64,000 nt of DNA, from IMG/VR virus record IMGVR_UViG_3300023714_000001, one strand, 5' to 3'. Origin of the DNA: a virus (lineage: Duplodnaviria > Caudoviricetes). The position numbers and the translations under genes were made by a program. The stretch's first letter is position 1, and each line of letters opens with the position of its first letter. Shown one piece after another: positions 29,905 to 41,595 of the stretch. The notes beneath the pieces were generated by a model. That model ran no database searches. It was not told the DNA's origin and worked only from the letters and a program-made list of their open reading frames with translations.

Positions 29905-30618
29905 TTACGCTGCTTTTCTTTTGCGGCCTGTTAAGCCGCTTGTTTTTGACAGTTCCTTATATTTCTGCAGAAGCTCTGCGTATTTGCGTTTCCATTCCTT
30001 GCGCGCCCAGTCTTCGGAACCCACCTTACACTGGAGTCGGCAGATTTCTGATTTGGCAGCCTCCAGCTCTTTTTTTAAGCTTCTTACGCTGCTTTTAGAT
30101 ATCTTTTCTTTGAGTTGGTTAACTTCCTTGACCCGTTCAATGAGTTTATTCGCATTGCTGCGGAAATTTTTATCCATTGTGTTGTAGGACTGCTGGAGTT
30201 TCGCATGCTTGATTTGCAGCTCACCCAGTGCCCTCTGTGCTACTTCCAGTCGCTTCTGAAGATTGTTATTGGCTTCAATAACTCTGGTCTTAGAATCATT
30301 TCTTTGCTCAAGATCCCTGATGCGCGCCCACAATTCTTCAGTCTCTACACTGCTCATGCTTACCATAGTGTCAAAAATGGCAAGCACTTGTTGTGCTTCC
30401 GAGCCCAGCTCTCCGATTTCAGAATTGAGCTCGGTCATTTGGCTAAGAATATATTGGCTTTTCTCTTCCGTGTTTCTTATCTGGCCGGCAACCGTTGCCG
30501 CCCGCCTAACGCAGTTGCTAAGCTTATGTTTCTTTTCCCCAAAACATTCGCTGTAAACCGCACCAACTGCGGCAGTTATCAATGCTATGGCCTCATTCCT
30601 AGTGATTTCTTTCTTCAT
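29905..30618 (-). CDS. coiled-coil protein
   Basis: Heptad-rich E/K/L/Q composition; ends RKAA. Confidence 0.65.
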   Translation of the reverse strand: MKKEITRNEAIALITAAVGAVYSECFGEKKHKLSNCVRRAATVAGQIRNTEEKSQYILSQMTELNSEIGELGSEAQQVLAIFDTMVSMSSVETEELWARIRDLEQRNDSKTRVIEANNNLQKRLEVAQRALGELQIKHAKLQQSYNTMDKNFRSNANKLIERVKEVNQLKEKISKSSVRSLKKELEAAKSEICRLQCKVGSEDWARKEWKRKYAELLQKYKELSKTSGLTGRKRKAA

Positions 30619-30869
30619 GATAGAAATTCCTTTCCTTTTTTAGCTTATGCCTGCCATTCTCTACCATCGCTATATCCCATGTCCTTCCGGATTTTGCTAA
30701 TATAGTTCTGGACTTCGTGATATGTTTTGCGGTCTTCCTGTTGCTTCTTTCGCTTTTCTCTCTTCTGAATATGAGATATAGGCTGTATACGATACGTTAG
30801 CCTCTTTAATCCACTCAATACGTCTAACATGTGTTTTCCTTTCTTAAATTGTATCTGATTTTTTAATTT

Positions 30870-31433
30870 TTATACATGATGCTTTTCCAAAAACTCACGA
30901 ACCTTATGTTCTGCGTCTTCACTGATGGTCTTGACATACATATTGCAGAACGTCATGGCGTGCCATTTCAATTCATTTGCCAGCTGCGTCTGCATGGATG
31001 TACCAATAATCAGTAAGCATACATGATTGTCTGATGTCCCGACATTAGCATGTAAGAGGTTGTAAGCTTCATCACAACAATGAACATTTTCGCCGTAAAG
31101 AACGATGTTATCTTCGGCGGCAGAACCGTGGAGTTCATAAACTACTTTACTCCCGGCTTTCTGGTGCAGGCCATCAACATTCATGGTAATGATGGGGACA
31201 TTATATTCAGCAAGAGCAAGATGTGCATCGTTCGGTTCCTTGTCTCTCACGGAGGCTTTGAGCGCTTCCATAGCAGCCTTGAACTTTTCCGGCTCTGACT
31301 TCTTATAGTCAACGGTGAGCTTCTGCTTCAGACCGTCGACTTCCTCGAATGTGGGGATACCGGATGCTTTACTACAGCCTGCTCCCGTCAGGGCAACGAA
31401 GTGGTCAAACTTGAGTTTGGATTCATCAAACAT
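30870..31433 (-). CDS. compact Sir2-family NAD-dependent protein
   Basis: LTGAGCSKASGIPTF, ITMNVDGLHQKAG, ELHGS, IIGTS; the Zn-binding insert is missing. Confidence 0.85.
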   Translation of the reverse strand: MFDESKLKFDHFVALTGAGCSKASGIPTFEEVDGLKQKLTVDYKKSEPEKFKAAMEALKASVRDKEPNDAHLALAEYNVPIITMNVDGLHQKAGSKVVYELHGSAAEDNIVLYGENVHCCDEAYNLLHANVGTSDNHVCLLIIGTSMQTQLANELKWHAMTFCNMYVKTISEDAEHKVREFLEKHHV

Positions 31434-31457
31434 TTTGATTTCCTTTCTATAGCTTCT

Positions 31458-31904
31458 TTAATTTTTATTTTTTCTGTGGCGCCAGTAGCGCTTTTCGCAA
31501 ATCTTGCTGCAGAACTTTCTTCTGCGGTCTACTTTGCTAGTAATCGTAACCGGTGTATGGCACTGCGCGCACAAAAATTCACGCACAACTTCACCATCTT
31601 CGCCTTCACACAGGTACTTATTCCGGTAGTAAAATGTTGCGCTGCGGGGCTTCTTAATTAAAATGTCAATTTCTCTCCACTTGAACTTACGCTTGCGCAA
31701 ATCCTTTATTTTAAGAACCAACTGACGCAGCTCATTAGTCCTTCTATCTGTAGTAGCCTCATGCCGTTTAGCCATATTTCGGGCTCTATTCCGTTGTCGA
31801 TACAGGCGTGCAGCTGTTTTCTTACGCCGCTCCTGCTCTTTGTCTTTTTGCTCTTTTTTTATGCTCCAGTAAATGGAGGGAGTCGTAATCTTCCAATTAG
31901 CCAA
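31458..31904 (-). CDS. basic HTH plus zinc-finger protein
   Basis: CAQC..KFCSKIC. Confidence 0.55.
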   Translation of the reverse strand: MANWKITTPSIYWSIKKEQKDKEQERRKKTAARLYRQRNRARNMAKRHEATTDRRTNELRQLVLKIKDLRKRKFKWREIDILIKKPRSATFYYRNKYLCEGEDGEVVREFLCAQCHTPVTITSKVDRRRKFCSKICEKRYWRHRKNKN

Positions 31905-31955
31905 GGCGTTAACCTTTCTTTTTAGCTTACTTCTTACATGTTTTGCGGTAACTAC

Positions 31956-32312
31956 TTACTTCTTCTTCCAGTAGTATACCACAATTTCTTCGCCGGCGCC
32001 AACCATTATCTGACCATGTTCCTTCTTGCGGTCACACAACCATGGGTTGACTTCCAGAATTCCTTCCTTGAATTCCTCGTGAGCTCTTTCACCATAGGTG
32101 TTTTTGGCGAGATAGTAGTCCACGATATCATCAAGCGATTCTGCTTTTAAGGAATCAGCTTTATAGGTTTCCATACAGTAGATGTAGTCCGTCTTTGTGC
32201 TCGCAACCGTACCGGGCATTTCTGCGTGTGTCACGACTTGGCCTGCGCTCGCTACGCTCGCGCTCATAATGCCGGCAGCCATAAGTGAAGCAATAATTTT
32301 CTTTTTCAACAA
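31956..32312 (-). CDS. secreted protein, possible LysM-like domain
   Basis: Signal peptide ending ASA; ESLDDIV..ILEVNP..GEEIVV. Confidence 0.5.
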   Translation of the reverse strand: MLKKKIIASLMAAGIMSASVASAGQVVTHAEMPGTVASTKTDYIYCMETYKADSLKAESLDDIVDYYLAKNTYGERAHEEFKEGILEVNPWLCDRKKEHGQIMVGAGEEIVVYYWKKK

Positions 32313-34987
32313 AAACCCTCCTTTCTTACGCTACTTTAGCGTCTCGCTGTTCTGTTTCCTTAAGCAGCTTTTCATACTTTTCTTTCCAGTGTTTACGGTA
32401 TCTATCCTGGACAGCCAGCTTTTTTCTAAGGTCGCCGTTTTTGCGGTACATATCTGTCCAGCTAAGGTCGCGTTCTGTCATTTTCTGTCGCAGATCTTTA
32501 TTCTCTGCTTTTAATCGCTCAATTTCTTTCTTCGCTGCTTCATACTTGTCATCGGAATCTGGATTGTTGTCGCCATTAATAGAGTCTCCATCAGACAGCT
32601 TTTTGCCGATAAAGTTGTACATACCGATGCAGTCAATAGCAAAGCCTTCTTTTGCTACCATATCCTCAAGGAGGTGGAGGATTTTTGTCTCGGTTTCGAC
32701 GGCTTCCTTATTTTCTTCAGCCGAGCACTTTCCACTTTCAAGATTGCGAACGATTGTGCCATATGTTGCTTTAAGCTGCCAAAGCTCATTTACCTTGCCG
32801 CTTAACATGTTATAATTGTGGCGGCGGGCGGCCACTTCCCCAATTCCCTTCGCTGTTTCGATAGTGTCTTTTTTATCCATTGCAACTCGTCCTTTCTTAC
32901 GCAGTCTTTTTATCGTCAATATTGTATGCTTTTACCACTTCTTGTCCTACCCGATAATTAATGAAAGCCGGATATATCAGTATAGTGTCAATACACTCCC
33001 TGATGATTTCTTCGCTTACGCCGGTGCCATCTTCACCATCTCTCAGAAGCCCTTCTTCAGCTCGCAGCGACTTCATTTTGAGCTCGCCAATAATCCTAAA
33101 GGCCTTAACCGCTTCATATGCATCGATCGCGCTTACGCCGCTATCTTTTAACAGCGCAGCAATCTTAGCCGGCGCCAATTCTGTATTCCGGCTATGTTCT
33201 TCTATCCACTTACTGATAGTTTCGTTCATTTTCATTTTCCTTTCTTATTCATACCGTCAGTTCATGGGCGTTTATTTTATGCGCTCAATCAGTTTGCCGT
33301 TTTGGATAACAACTTTGCTTGTCAATTCATACTCTACGATTTCTTCCAGCTCAAATTTGACTTTCGGAAACTTTTTACTAATGGCCGGCGCAATATCTTC
33401 ATTGCAAATATAATTTCCCCACCAGTTAAGTTCCGTGCCATCGTCACTATATTTAACCTGTTCCATACCCAGACAATCCGCTACGTGCATATCCCAAGGG
33501 CGGGAATAAGTAACGTAAGCGTCCGGCACATCATCTTTGACCGGCTCAGCTACCGAAAATCCTTTGCTAAGGAATTCTTCTTTGTCTTTCAGAAAAGCTT
33601 TTACGCGGTAACCTTTCTTAATCTCCTCATCGTAGTTTACGCCGAGTTCACGAAGGTCAATAACTTCCTCCAGTATTCTACTTGTCACTTCTCCGTCACG
33701 GTTGTAACGGAACACTTCATGCGGGCGGACAAGGCTTCCCAGTAAATCCTTAATCGTTATATCTCCGTCTGCCACTTTGATTCTCTGCATAACAAAAACG
33801 CTCATTGTTACTCCTCACTTTCTTAAATCAGTTTGTAACAACTCTCCAAACTGCCGGTACTTCTCAAGATCCTTTTAAGAGTACCACTTATGAACTCTAT
33901 CGTAAGCATCAGCTACTTCTTTGCAACCTGCGTCCACAAGAAACTCCGCGATAATCTCATCTGCTTCTTCATGGGCAGTTTCGATGTCAGGACTGTTCTG
34001 ACAGGCTTCCAACATCTTAATTGCTTCTTCCTCGTTCATGTTCTCGCCCCTCCTACTTTTCATCTGCTTCTTCAGGTGATGAAACTCAGTATTCAGGAGT
34101 GCAGCCGGGAAAAGCCGCTCTCTCTGAACGGTCTATGTCATAATGCCACAGGCCATTCTTGAATACCATCTTTTTAATCTTGACGTCTGTCAACTCTCCA
34201 CACCAATAAGGCGTGCAGAATTCCACTTGTCCAGATTCGGGATTAAATATCCCGTTTGCCGTCGGGCAGGAGAAGTACTCCGCCCAATCTCCATCTTGAG
34301 GATTTTCCACCAGGATTTCCTTCGGATGAAACATATGGTCGATTCCATACTTGTTGACCTGTTCGATTAAATCGAGCGGGTCGATAGTGAAAATAGTTCC
34401 CTTGCTATTTGTCAGTTTCATATTTATTACCTCCTAATTTTTCAACCGGCAAGATGGCAACTCAACATTTCATAGGTATCAATATCTTATGCCGTTACTA
34501 TATCTGCAGCAATTTTATCACAGACTTCGCAGATTTCTTCTTCGGAAGCATCACTCATATTGCCGGGGTCATAGTCGCACACCAGTTCAATACTTTTAAG
34601 AGATTCAGCATCAACACCTTTGCGCGCTAATCTCTTGAGCCAGTAATCCCGCCGAGCAATCTGGACGTCTTCAATCACTCCCCAGTACACGCAGGCGTTG
34701 TAATCCGTATATACTGAAGCGTAGCGGCCCAATAAAAATCTAATCTTATTCATCTTTAACAACCCTTCTTCTTACTCAAAGCCGTATATACTTTGGTACA
34801 TTTACAGGGTGTTCCTATTCCAAGGAACGGGAAGCAGCCAGTTATTCTCCTGCGTCCATATATTTTACGCAGCGCGCCCGCGGGCGGCTTCTTCCCCTGC
34901 AGACAGTACGAAGCTTTCATTATCTTCTTAGTCTCAACACTCGCGATTATCATGATTCAACTTTCCTTTCTGCTATCCTCATGAGTT

Positions 34988-35845
34988 TCACTTTGCCAGT
35001 TTATAGCAGCTCTCCAAAGAATCGGCGCCGCCAATGAATCCCGTTGCGTGAACGAATATTCCATCCGTAATACCGGCAGCGGCATTAAGTTCTTTATTCC
35101 TAAGACCCTTATACTTCAGTTCATGGTTAAGTTTAAAAGAGCCAATCTTATTCACGCCCTGGATACGATATCCACCATTCTTCATTGGGAACGTAAAGAA
35201 CTTGACTTCTTTTTCTGGGAACCGGTCATTCCACTGCTGACACTCCTTAACGCCATGAGACATATAATGCGGGAAGTTGGCAATACCATCTTCTCCCATC
35301 GCCTTGAATGCTTTAACACATTCCTCATGTTCAGGGGCAGACTTCTTTGCATCATTCAGCATAGAAGCAAAAATATTTGTTGCTATTTCGACAGCAAGCC
35401 GGAACTGCCATATCTGACATATGTCATCGCTAATATCTTCGCTGTTAAGCCAGTGAACAAAACTAAACGGGCTCGGTACACCATCAAAGTCCTGGCCATT
35501 GTCCCTTGCCTGCAGGTCATATAAACCATTGAACAGCAAGACATTTAACTCTTCCTGCGCAAGCTTGCCGTCTTTTACTGCCTGCTTCAGTACCTTGCCT
35601 AAAGCAGACAGATAAATACCGTTGTTATACTGCCAGTCACGGGCAGCACCATGATGGTCAAACTGACCACCGCCAATGTCAATAAGCGTATAACCTTCCT
35701 GACGGGCTTTTTCAATAGCCTCTTCATCACGAGCAGGGATACGGATGACGCTTTTAGGTTCGCCATATAAAACATTGATGACCGCATTGGCGGTTACTTC
35801 GTCCGGATGAATAACGCTATCATGTACAGCTACTTTCTCAAACAT
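34988..35845 (-). CDS. MYG1/UPF0160 DHH-type hydrolase
   Basis: HxxxxHPDE, DIGGGQFDHH, FVHATGFIGG. Confidence 0.8.
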   Translation of the reverse strand: MFEKVAVHDSVIHPDEVTANAVINVLYGEPKSVIRIPARDEEAIEKARQEGYTLIDIGGGQFDHHGAARDWQYNNGIYLSALGKVLKQAVKDGKLAQEELNVLLFNGLYDLQARDNGQDFDGVPSPFSFVHWLNSEDISDDICQIWQFRLAVEIATNIFASMLNDAKKSAPEHEECVKAFKAMGEDGIANFPHYMSHGVKECQQWNDRFPEKEVKFFTFPMKNGGYRIQGVNKIGSFKLNHELKYKGLRNKELNAAAGITDGIFVHATGFIGGADSLESCYKLAK

Positions 35846-36829
35846 AATATATCAATCTCCTTTTCTTACTTACACACATACAGTTAGTTATCTGTCTCGA
35901 TAAGCAACGGTTTTGATCTTACTGTGATGTAACACCAGCACCAACTGCTGTACCGGAACTTAAAACTATCGCCAGACCATTTCGGCGGCTCATTTTCATA
36001 ATGCCCGCTGCAGCATTTCCATACGTTATCGATAATTTTCTTTACTGTCTTATCTTCTACACTATCAATATGATGGCTAGAGATAAAGTTCTGTCTCGTA
36101 AAGTGGTCATTTTTTGGCGCCTCTGTATTATGCCATCTGAACACAACTGTAACCAGGTACTTAGCATTTTTGTTGTAGTTGTCTTCATTGATGTAACTCA
36201 GCTGATGCCGATGGGATTCACTGAGCCGGTAAAATGAGTCTTCGTACTCTACCATGTGCCCGATATAACATACCTGTTCTTTATCAGACAGCCTTGAGAA
36301 CTCTTCCAGAAATACGTCCGCATTAGCAAGTACACGAAATGGCATTTCTTCACAGACATGCCAAATTACGCCTTGGAACTCTTCCCGCCAGTTATCTTTA
36401 ACCAGCTGATAGAAGAGCTGCTTCCTCGTCATCTTCTCCGGCGCGTCTTTGCTGTTATCTTTTTCCGCGCGCTGCTTTTTGTATACGAATGGTTCAAACT
36501 CAACCCAGGCTGTATCCAAACAGCTTGAATCTCTTACACACTTAATTTTATAGCTGTCAGGAATATTATCCTCATTCCTCATGACACCTTCAACATCTTT
36601 GTTGGGGTCGCATTTTGCTAACTCACGTATCAGTTCATATACTTTCATGGTCTTATCCCTTCATACGCTTACATAACTCATTCTCTGTTTAAGGTCGCGG
36701 AAAATTCTTTTCAGCTTGTCATTTTCCTCCTGCAGCTCATCACATCTGCGCAGCTTGCAGTATATTTTGAAGGCCTCATTGCCTGACAAGGTAATTTCTT
36801 TAGCACTGGCCATACAATCTTGTAGCTCA

Positions 36830-37684
36830 TCAATTTTTCGCGCATTCATCTGTCTTACACCCTCTCAATTCCCTCATTGCTTTCGGCAGCAGACCGTATA
36901 CTCCATTCTCATACTTCTCTGCTTTTTGCAGAGCATGTTCGAGATATTCCCGCTTTACATGTCTTTTCTGACGGATACTGTTGTAATGACTACCAAACTG
37001 TACACGTATCAGATAATCGGCGCGCAGCTCTTTATCGTTCTTCACATCGTTTTCGTCACCATTAAAGAAGCTCTTATAGACAACAATACATGGATTTTCC
37101 TGTACAACGCCAAAAATACTCTTCTCCTGCAGCTCCTTCAAATCTCTAAGCGTTACATAGTCACGACGAACATTGGCAAAGGTACTACCGGAGCATTCTC
37201 CATGCTCCTTTTCATACTGCTCAGCATAGAATAACTTATCAGCCAGTGCCTGCGCCGGCAATGCAATATTCAATTCAAGTGCCTTACTGTTTATAGCAAC
37301 AGCAGCGGGATACACTTTGTCGTCCTCCAGATTAAACAGCTTATCGGTCAACTCTTTGTAGTTTTCAGTAAAGCTCTTCCAATGCTCGTATTTATTCATA
37401 ACCATGTTATGTACTGCTGTGTCTAATGTTAACAAACAGTTTAACATTTCTACATGACGCATGCCGGCTCCGTTCTCACATGATTCGCAGCTGTCTACTG
37501 CCTCATAGAACAGTATAGTTCTAAGCTCCATATACTTTTCAATATCTACGGACGTTTGGCTTCTTACGCTGTCTTTTATGAAGCTGTTTACTACCGCGCG
37601 CCAATAATCCTCATCGGCTGTTAAGAAGCTCTTACCATGAAACTTAACTTCGTTGTATTCTTTTTCCAGTTTATATATATCCAT
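36830..37684 (-). CDS. hypothetical protein
   Basis: 284-aa ORF, AAGGAG RBS. Confidence 0.65.
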   Translation of the reverse strand: MDIYKLEKEYNEVKFHGKSFLTADEDYWRAVVNSFIKDSVRSQTSVDIEKYMELRTILFYEAVDSCESCENGAGMRHVEMLNCLLTLDTAVHNMVMNKYEHWKSFTENYKELTDKLFNLEDDKVYPAAVAINSKALELNIALPAQALADKLFYAEQYEKEHGECSGSTFANVRRDYVTLRDLKELQEKSIFGVVQENPCIVVYKSFFNGDENDVKNDKELRADYLIRVQFGSHYNSIRQKRHVKREYLEHALQKAEKYENGVYGLLPKAMRELRGCKTDECAKN

Positions 37685-38420
37685 TTTTCTTTTTACTCCT
37701 TCTGTTAAATATCCGAAATATTCAGACTATATCCTAATATTTCGCGCGTATTATGTTAATACCAGATACTCCTATACTTCTCGTATTCCTTTTCGCGCAA
37801 TTCTTTTTTCATCTCCAACTTCTTTGCAAATTCTTTATAAGCTTGATTTCTCTCATAAACCCTACATATGTTCAGATACTCTCTATCTGGATTATGCCTA
37901 TACATATGATTAGGATGATTGCGCGCGAAAGTATCCTCTACGCGAATATTAAGCTCATTCAATTGTTCTTGTAGGGTGTTATACTTCTTAACAGTAGTCT
38001 CCTTTACAGACTTTTCCCTACATTTTTGTACGACAAAGGCTTCGAATGAATCAATCGTACTCTTAGTGATAGGATAGTTGTAGTAACGTATACAGGCGTC
38101 AAACATGGCCTTTATAAGAATATCCTCTTCTTCTGTTGCAAAAATCCTTCCGCCGGGCGCGGCAACATACTCCGGACAACATCTCCCCTTAAGTCCACAG
38201 GAGATAAAGTCAATCTTTACCGGAGCATTAGGGAAAGGATGTATGATATCCTTGGACTCTTTCTTAGGCGCAGCCTTATCTTCTTTCGGATTTTCTTCTA
38301 CACCTAATATCATCTTCAATATACCGGTCAACATATATCTGCCTTACACCTCACTTGTGGCTATTCTCTTCTTCACTGCTAAGATAAATGAAAGAATACC
38401 TTCTTACTTACTTCTTACAC

Positions 38421-38452
38421 ATAATATACACGTTAAAACCCCTCATTGTCAA
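38421..38452 (-). promoter_or_regulatory. sigma-A promoter heading the accessory operon
   Basis: TTGACA-18bp-TATATT upstream of 37756..38334. Confidence 0.55.
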
Positions 38453-39582
38453 GAAGGGTGTGTACAAAATTCTATAGAGCTTGTAATTAAGGAAAAATAT
38501 TTTCTGGTCTTAACGTGCTTTCCTTGTCTCTGGGCTACGCCCTATAGGGTTCCAACCTTGTATTTGTGGGCGGAGCAGCGTTGTATGTGCGTGGGGAGAG
38601 CTACTGCCTTGCGGAGCGACGCGTTTGTACATGTGCGCGATATGCGGCTCTATATGGCTTCATGTAGCTCTATGTAGCTTTGTATTTGTGGGGCGAGCCA
38701 GGTACAACTCCTAACATAAGGTAAAAAATTACCTATTTTGCAAAAACGAAGCCGGTTTTACTTTACGATTTTGCACACCTCGCATGTCATATGCGCAAGA
38801 AAGGCGCATAATCTCGTGTGAAAAGCGTGTACAACACGGCTTCCCAAATTGGCCGTTTTAAGCCATCTGTGAGCGTTTTCTTATCTTCGACGCCGTTTCG
38901 GAAAATTTTCTCTTCAAATGCACTGGAGAGGCCTTTTGAGGCCACTGAGGAGCATTTTTGAAGTCGTTTTCTCAGAGCTGTTTTTAGCTCTTCCTTTTCC
39001 TTTCTCTTCCCTTCTTACTTGCGTCTCATATAAGCATATCACTCATATATTGGCTTAGGGTTTTTGGTATGCCTCTCCGCAAATATATCTGTATATTTGA
39101 CCCTGGAGTACCACATCTCGTACTGCAGAATTTTGCAAAAGTGTAAACCTGCTTTGGGAAAAGTGTTATTTTCCTCTAGGTGGTAAATAAATAATTTTCC
39201 CTGACTTTGGCCTCCTGTATTATAGTTACAATACTATTGTATTTATACAGTATACCTAGTTTACACTCTTGAAAAATTGTGCGCTTCGCGCTGTGGGCTT
39301 TCCCCATGTTTATGCTTTAAGGGGAATACTCCTGCATGGGTATGTCAGGCATAAATAAGCTGCGCTCATAAGGTCTAAGTGATCTTATACAACTTATAGG
39401 GGATAATATATACGCTATTTTAAGGAGACCTGAATGGTCCCGTAAAATTTTGGCGCGCATATATGTTTGCCGGCTCGCTTACGCTCGCCGGCTTTTTGTA
39501 TCGTATATGGGCCTTTATTTACACATTATGTATTTCCCGTATGGGGATACGAGAAAATAATTTGCGGCCTTATACGTGCATT

Positions 39583-41595
39583 TTACGCGGCGAATTTTTT
39601 AACCATACCGTTCTTGTTGGCAATGATGTGTCTCCTCCTGCCGGGGAACTGTATGTACTCAAATCTCCAGTCTCCTTTTGCCTTATGGTTATAAGCTCTT
39701 TTATAAGTCTCTACCTTTAGTATCTTATGGATATGACATACTATATAGTTATTTAACTTAATCTGAGCTTTAACTGTTAAGAAGATACATGGACGAATAT
39801 CGCCGCGGACGGATACAGTCGGTTTGACTATGATATAGTCATCTTTGTATCCTGGGATAACGGTAAGCATTATGCCGCAGCCATATTTTAAGATGTCTGC
39901 TACCAGTGAATAATTTGGCTTACCTGTTTTGATGGTATAGAAACCATGTTTCTCTGCAGCCGCTTTCAGGGTTATACAGCCAGTGATATCCGGTTCACTG
40001 TTATTTGCAGGCAGATTATTATCCGTGGCAGTCAAGGCCGGCGTAGTATTTGCGTCTTTGATGGCTGTAGTAATATTGCGCCCGAGCTGGTTAATCATCT
40101 TACTGATGAGGTTTGTATTCTGGGCAGACTGTTCTACAGCTGTGCTGATTCTTGATACGAGCTCACCATTCTTATCTATGCGCTCAGTCATCATTTGTAC
40201 GAGCTGAGCCATAAGCTGCGTATTTTGTGCAGCAATCTGTGAGTTTTGCATAACCAGATGACCAAACTGCTTCATTGCCTCAGAGTTTTGTACAATGACC
40301 TGCTGTATGTCTGCCGCAACTTGCGGGGACATATACGCTCCGGTTTTGCGAATCTGTTTTAAGATTGCCTTAACCTGCTTCTTGAATTGCTTGGCGATTG
40401 GTTTGCGGGACTGCATTAAGACTTCATACAGACCGTCCTCGGTGAGGAACCATGACTCTTGCACTCCACCAGGGGTCGGAACAATCTTCCGAACCTTTTC
40501 TTCCTCCTCAACCGTATTCAACATTTTGTGTACGGAAGATCTGTCGTACTTAATCATCTCAGCCACGTCCTTGGCCAGGAACAATGGTTCTTCTGCCGTG
40601 CCATACACGGTAAAGTTTCTACCAAGCACTTCCTGCTCGGTTACAATCTGTAATTCTGCGCTCATAGGTTTAGCGCTCTCTCCCTCTGCCTCTCCTTCAG
40701 TTTTCTCTTGTGGAGTGATATTCTTTTCGGGCGGCAGCTCGTCCAGCCATTCCATATCGTCATTGCTGCCAACCACCGCACAACCGAACCAGTCGGGGAG
40801 CTTTTCTTGAACCTGTACTTTTGTATCCGGGATGACAATAGGTTTAGGAGACTCTCCCACTGCGGTGGAGTTCATGTCGTCAATCATCTTGTTGAGGCTT
40901 TCTCTAATATCCTTATCCATGCGCTCGCGATAAGTATCAGAATTAATAATCTTCTGAACGGCGTCCAGAGTCACAAGCCACTGCTTGCGTATCTTACTCT
41001 TGTTACCAAATGTCTCTATGATATTGACTTTTATCTTTTCATCGGCGCCGAGGTTTTTGGCCAGTCTGCTGCCGTCATATCCTCCCCACGAACGTTTTAC
41101 AAAATTTAGCCATGCGCATAAATCTGTGGCTTTGACCAGCAAATTTTGCATACCTGCGTCGTAGAGATGATAATTCTGTCCGCCGATTTGAAAATCTGTC
41201 AAAATTTTGACCCTTTCGCCGTGGGCGGTAAAAATTTGCTCCGGTTCTGCAGCGGGTAAATTCTGTGCCGGAATTTTGTCTTTGGATTTGCCTTTGCTAT
41301 TTTTACTCAACATCTTACACACCTCTGTCTTAATGTTGTCACGCTCTTTATCAAGAGACGCGTACGTCAGTATGGCCAGAAAACCTTTTTCTTCCATAAG
41401 GTAATGGCCTTCGGCTTTTTGGAATAATGCTCTTTCGTAAGGATCAAACTTACACAGAGCCTCAATAAACTCAAAGAGTTCTGCATGCTTGATTTTATAC
41501 AGCCTAGCTATCTCTTTGCTGGAGATAAGCTTTTTGTCTGCTACGTGGACGATGTCTATACTATCCATGACATAATCTTCCTTTCTGACTGTCAT
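39583..41595 (-). CDS. multi-domain antirepressor-like protein (Rha-like N-terminus, BRO-N)
   Basis: ISSKEIA; EEPLFLAKDVA..FLTEDGLYEVLMQSRKPIAKQFK; ends KFAA. Confidence 0.8.
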   Translation of the reverse strand: MTVRKEDYVMDSIDIVHVADKKLISSKEIARLYKIKHAELFEFIEALCKFDPYERALFQKAEGHYLMEEKGFLAILTYASLDKERDNIKTEVCKMLSKNSKGKSKDKIPAQNLPAAEPEQIFTAHGERVKILTDFQIGGQNYHLYDAGMQNLLVKATDLCAWLNFVKRSWGGYDGSRLAKNLGADEKIKVNIIETFGNKSKIRKQWLVTLDAVQKIINSDTYRERMDKDIRESLNKMIDDMNSTAVGESPKPIVIPDTKVQVQEKLPDWFGCAVVGSNDDMEWLDELPPEKNITPQEKTEGEAEGESAKPMSAELQIVTEQEVLGRNFTVYGTAEEPLFLAKDVAEMIKYDRSSVHKMLNTVEEEEKVRKIVPTPGGVQESWFLTEDGLYEVLMQSRKPIAKQFKKQVKAILKQIRKTGAYMSPQVAADIQQVIVQNSEAMKQFGHLVMQNSQIAAQNTQLMAQLVQMMTERIDKNGELVSRISTAVEQSAQNTNLISKMINQLGRNITTAIKDANTTPALTATDNNLPANNSEPDITGCITLKAAAEKHGFYTIKTGKPNYSLVADILKYGCGIMLTVIPGYKDDYIIVKPTVSVRGDIRPCIFLTVKAQIKLNNYIVCHIHKILKVETYKRAYNHKAKGDWRFEYIQFPGRRRHIIANKNGMVKKFAA

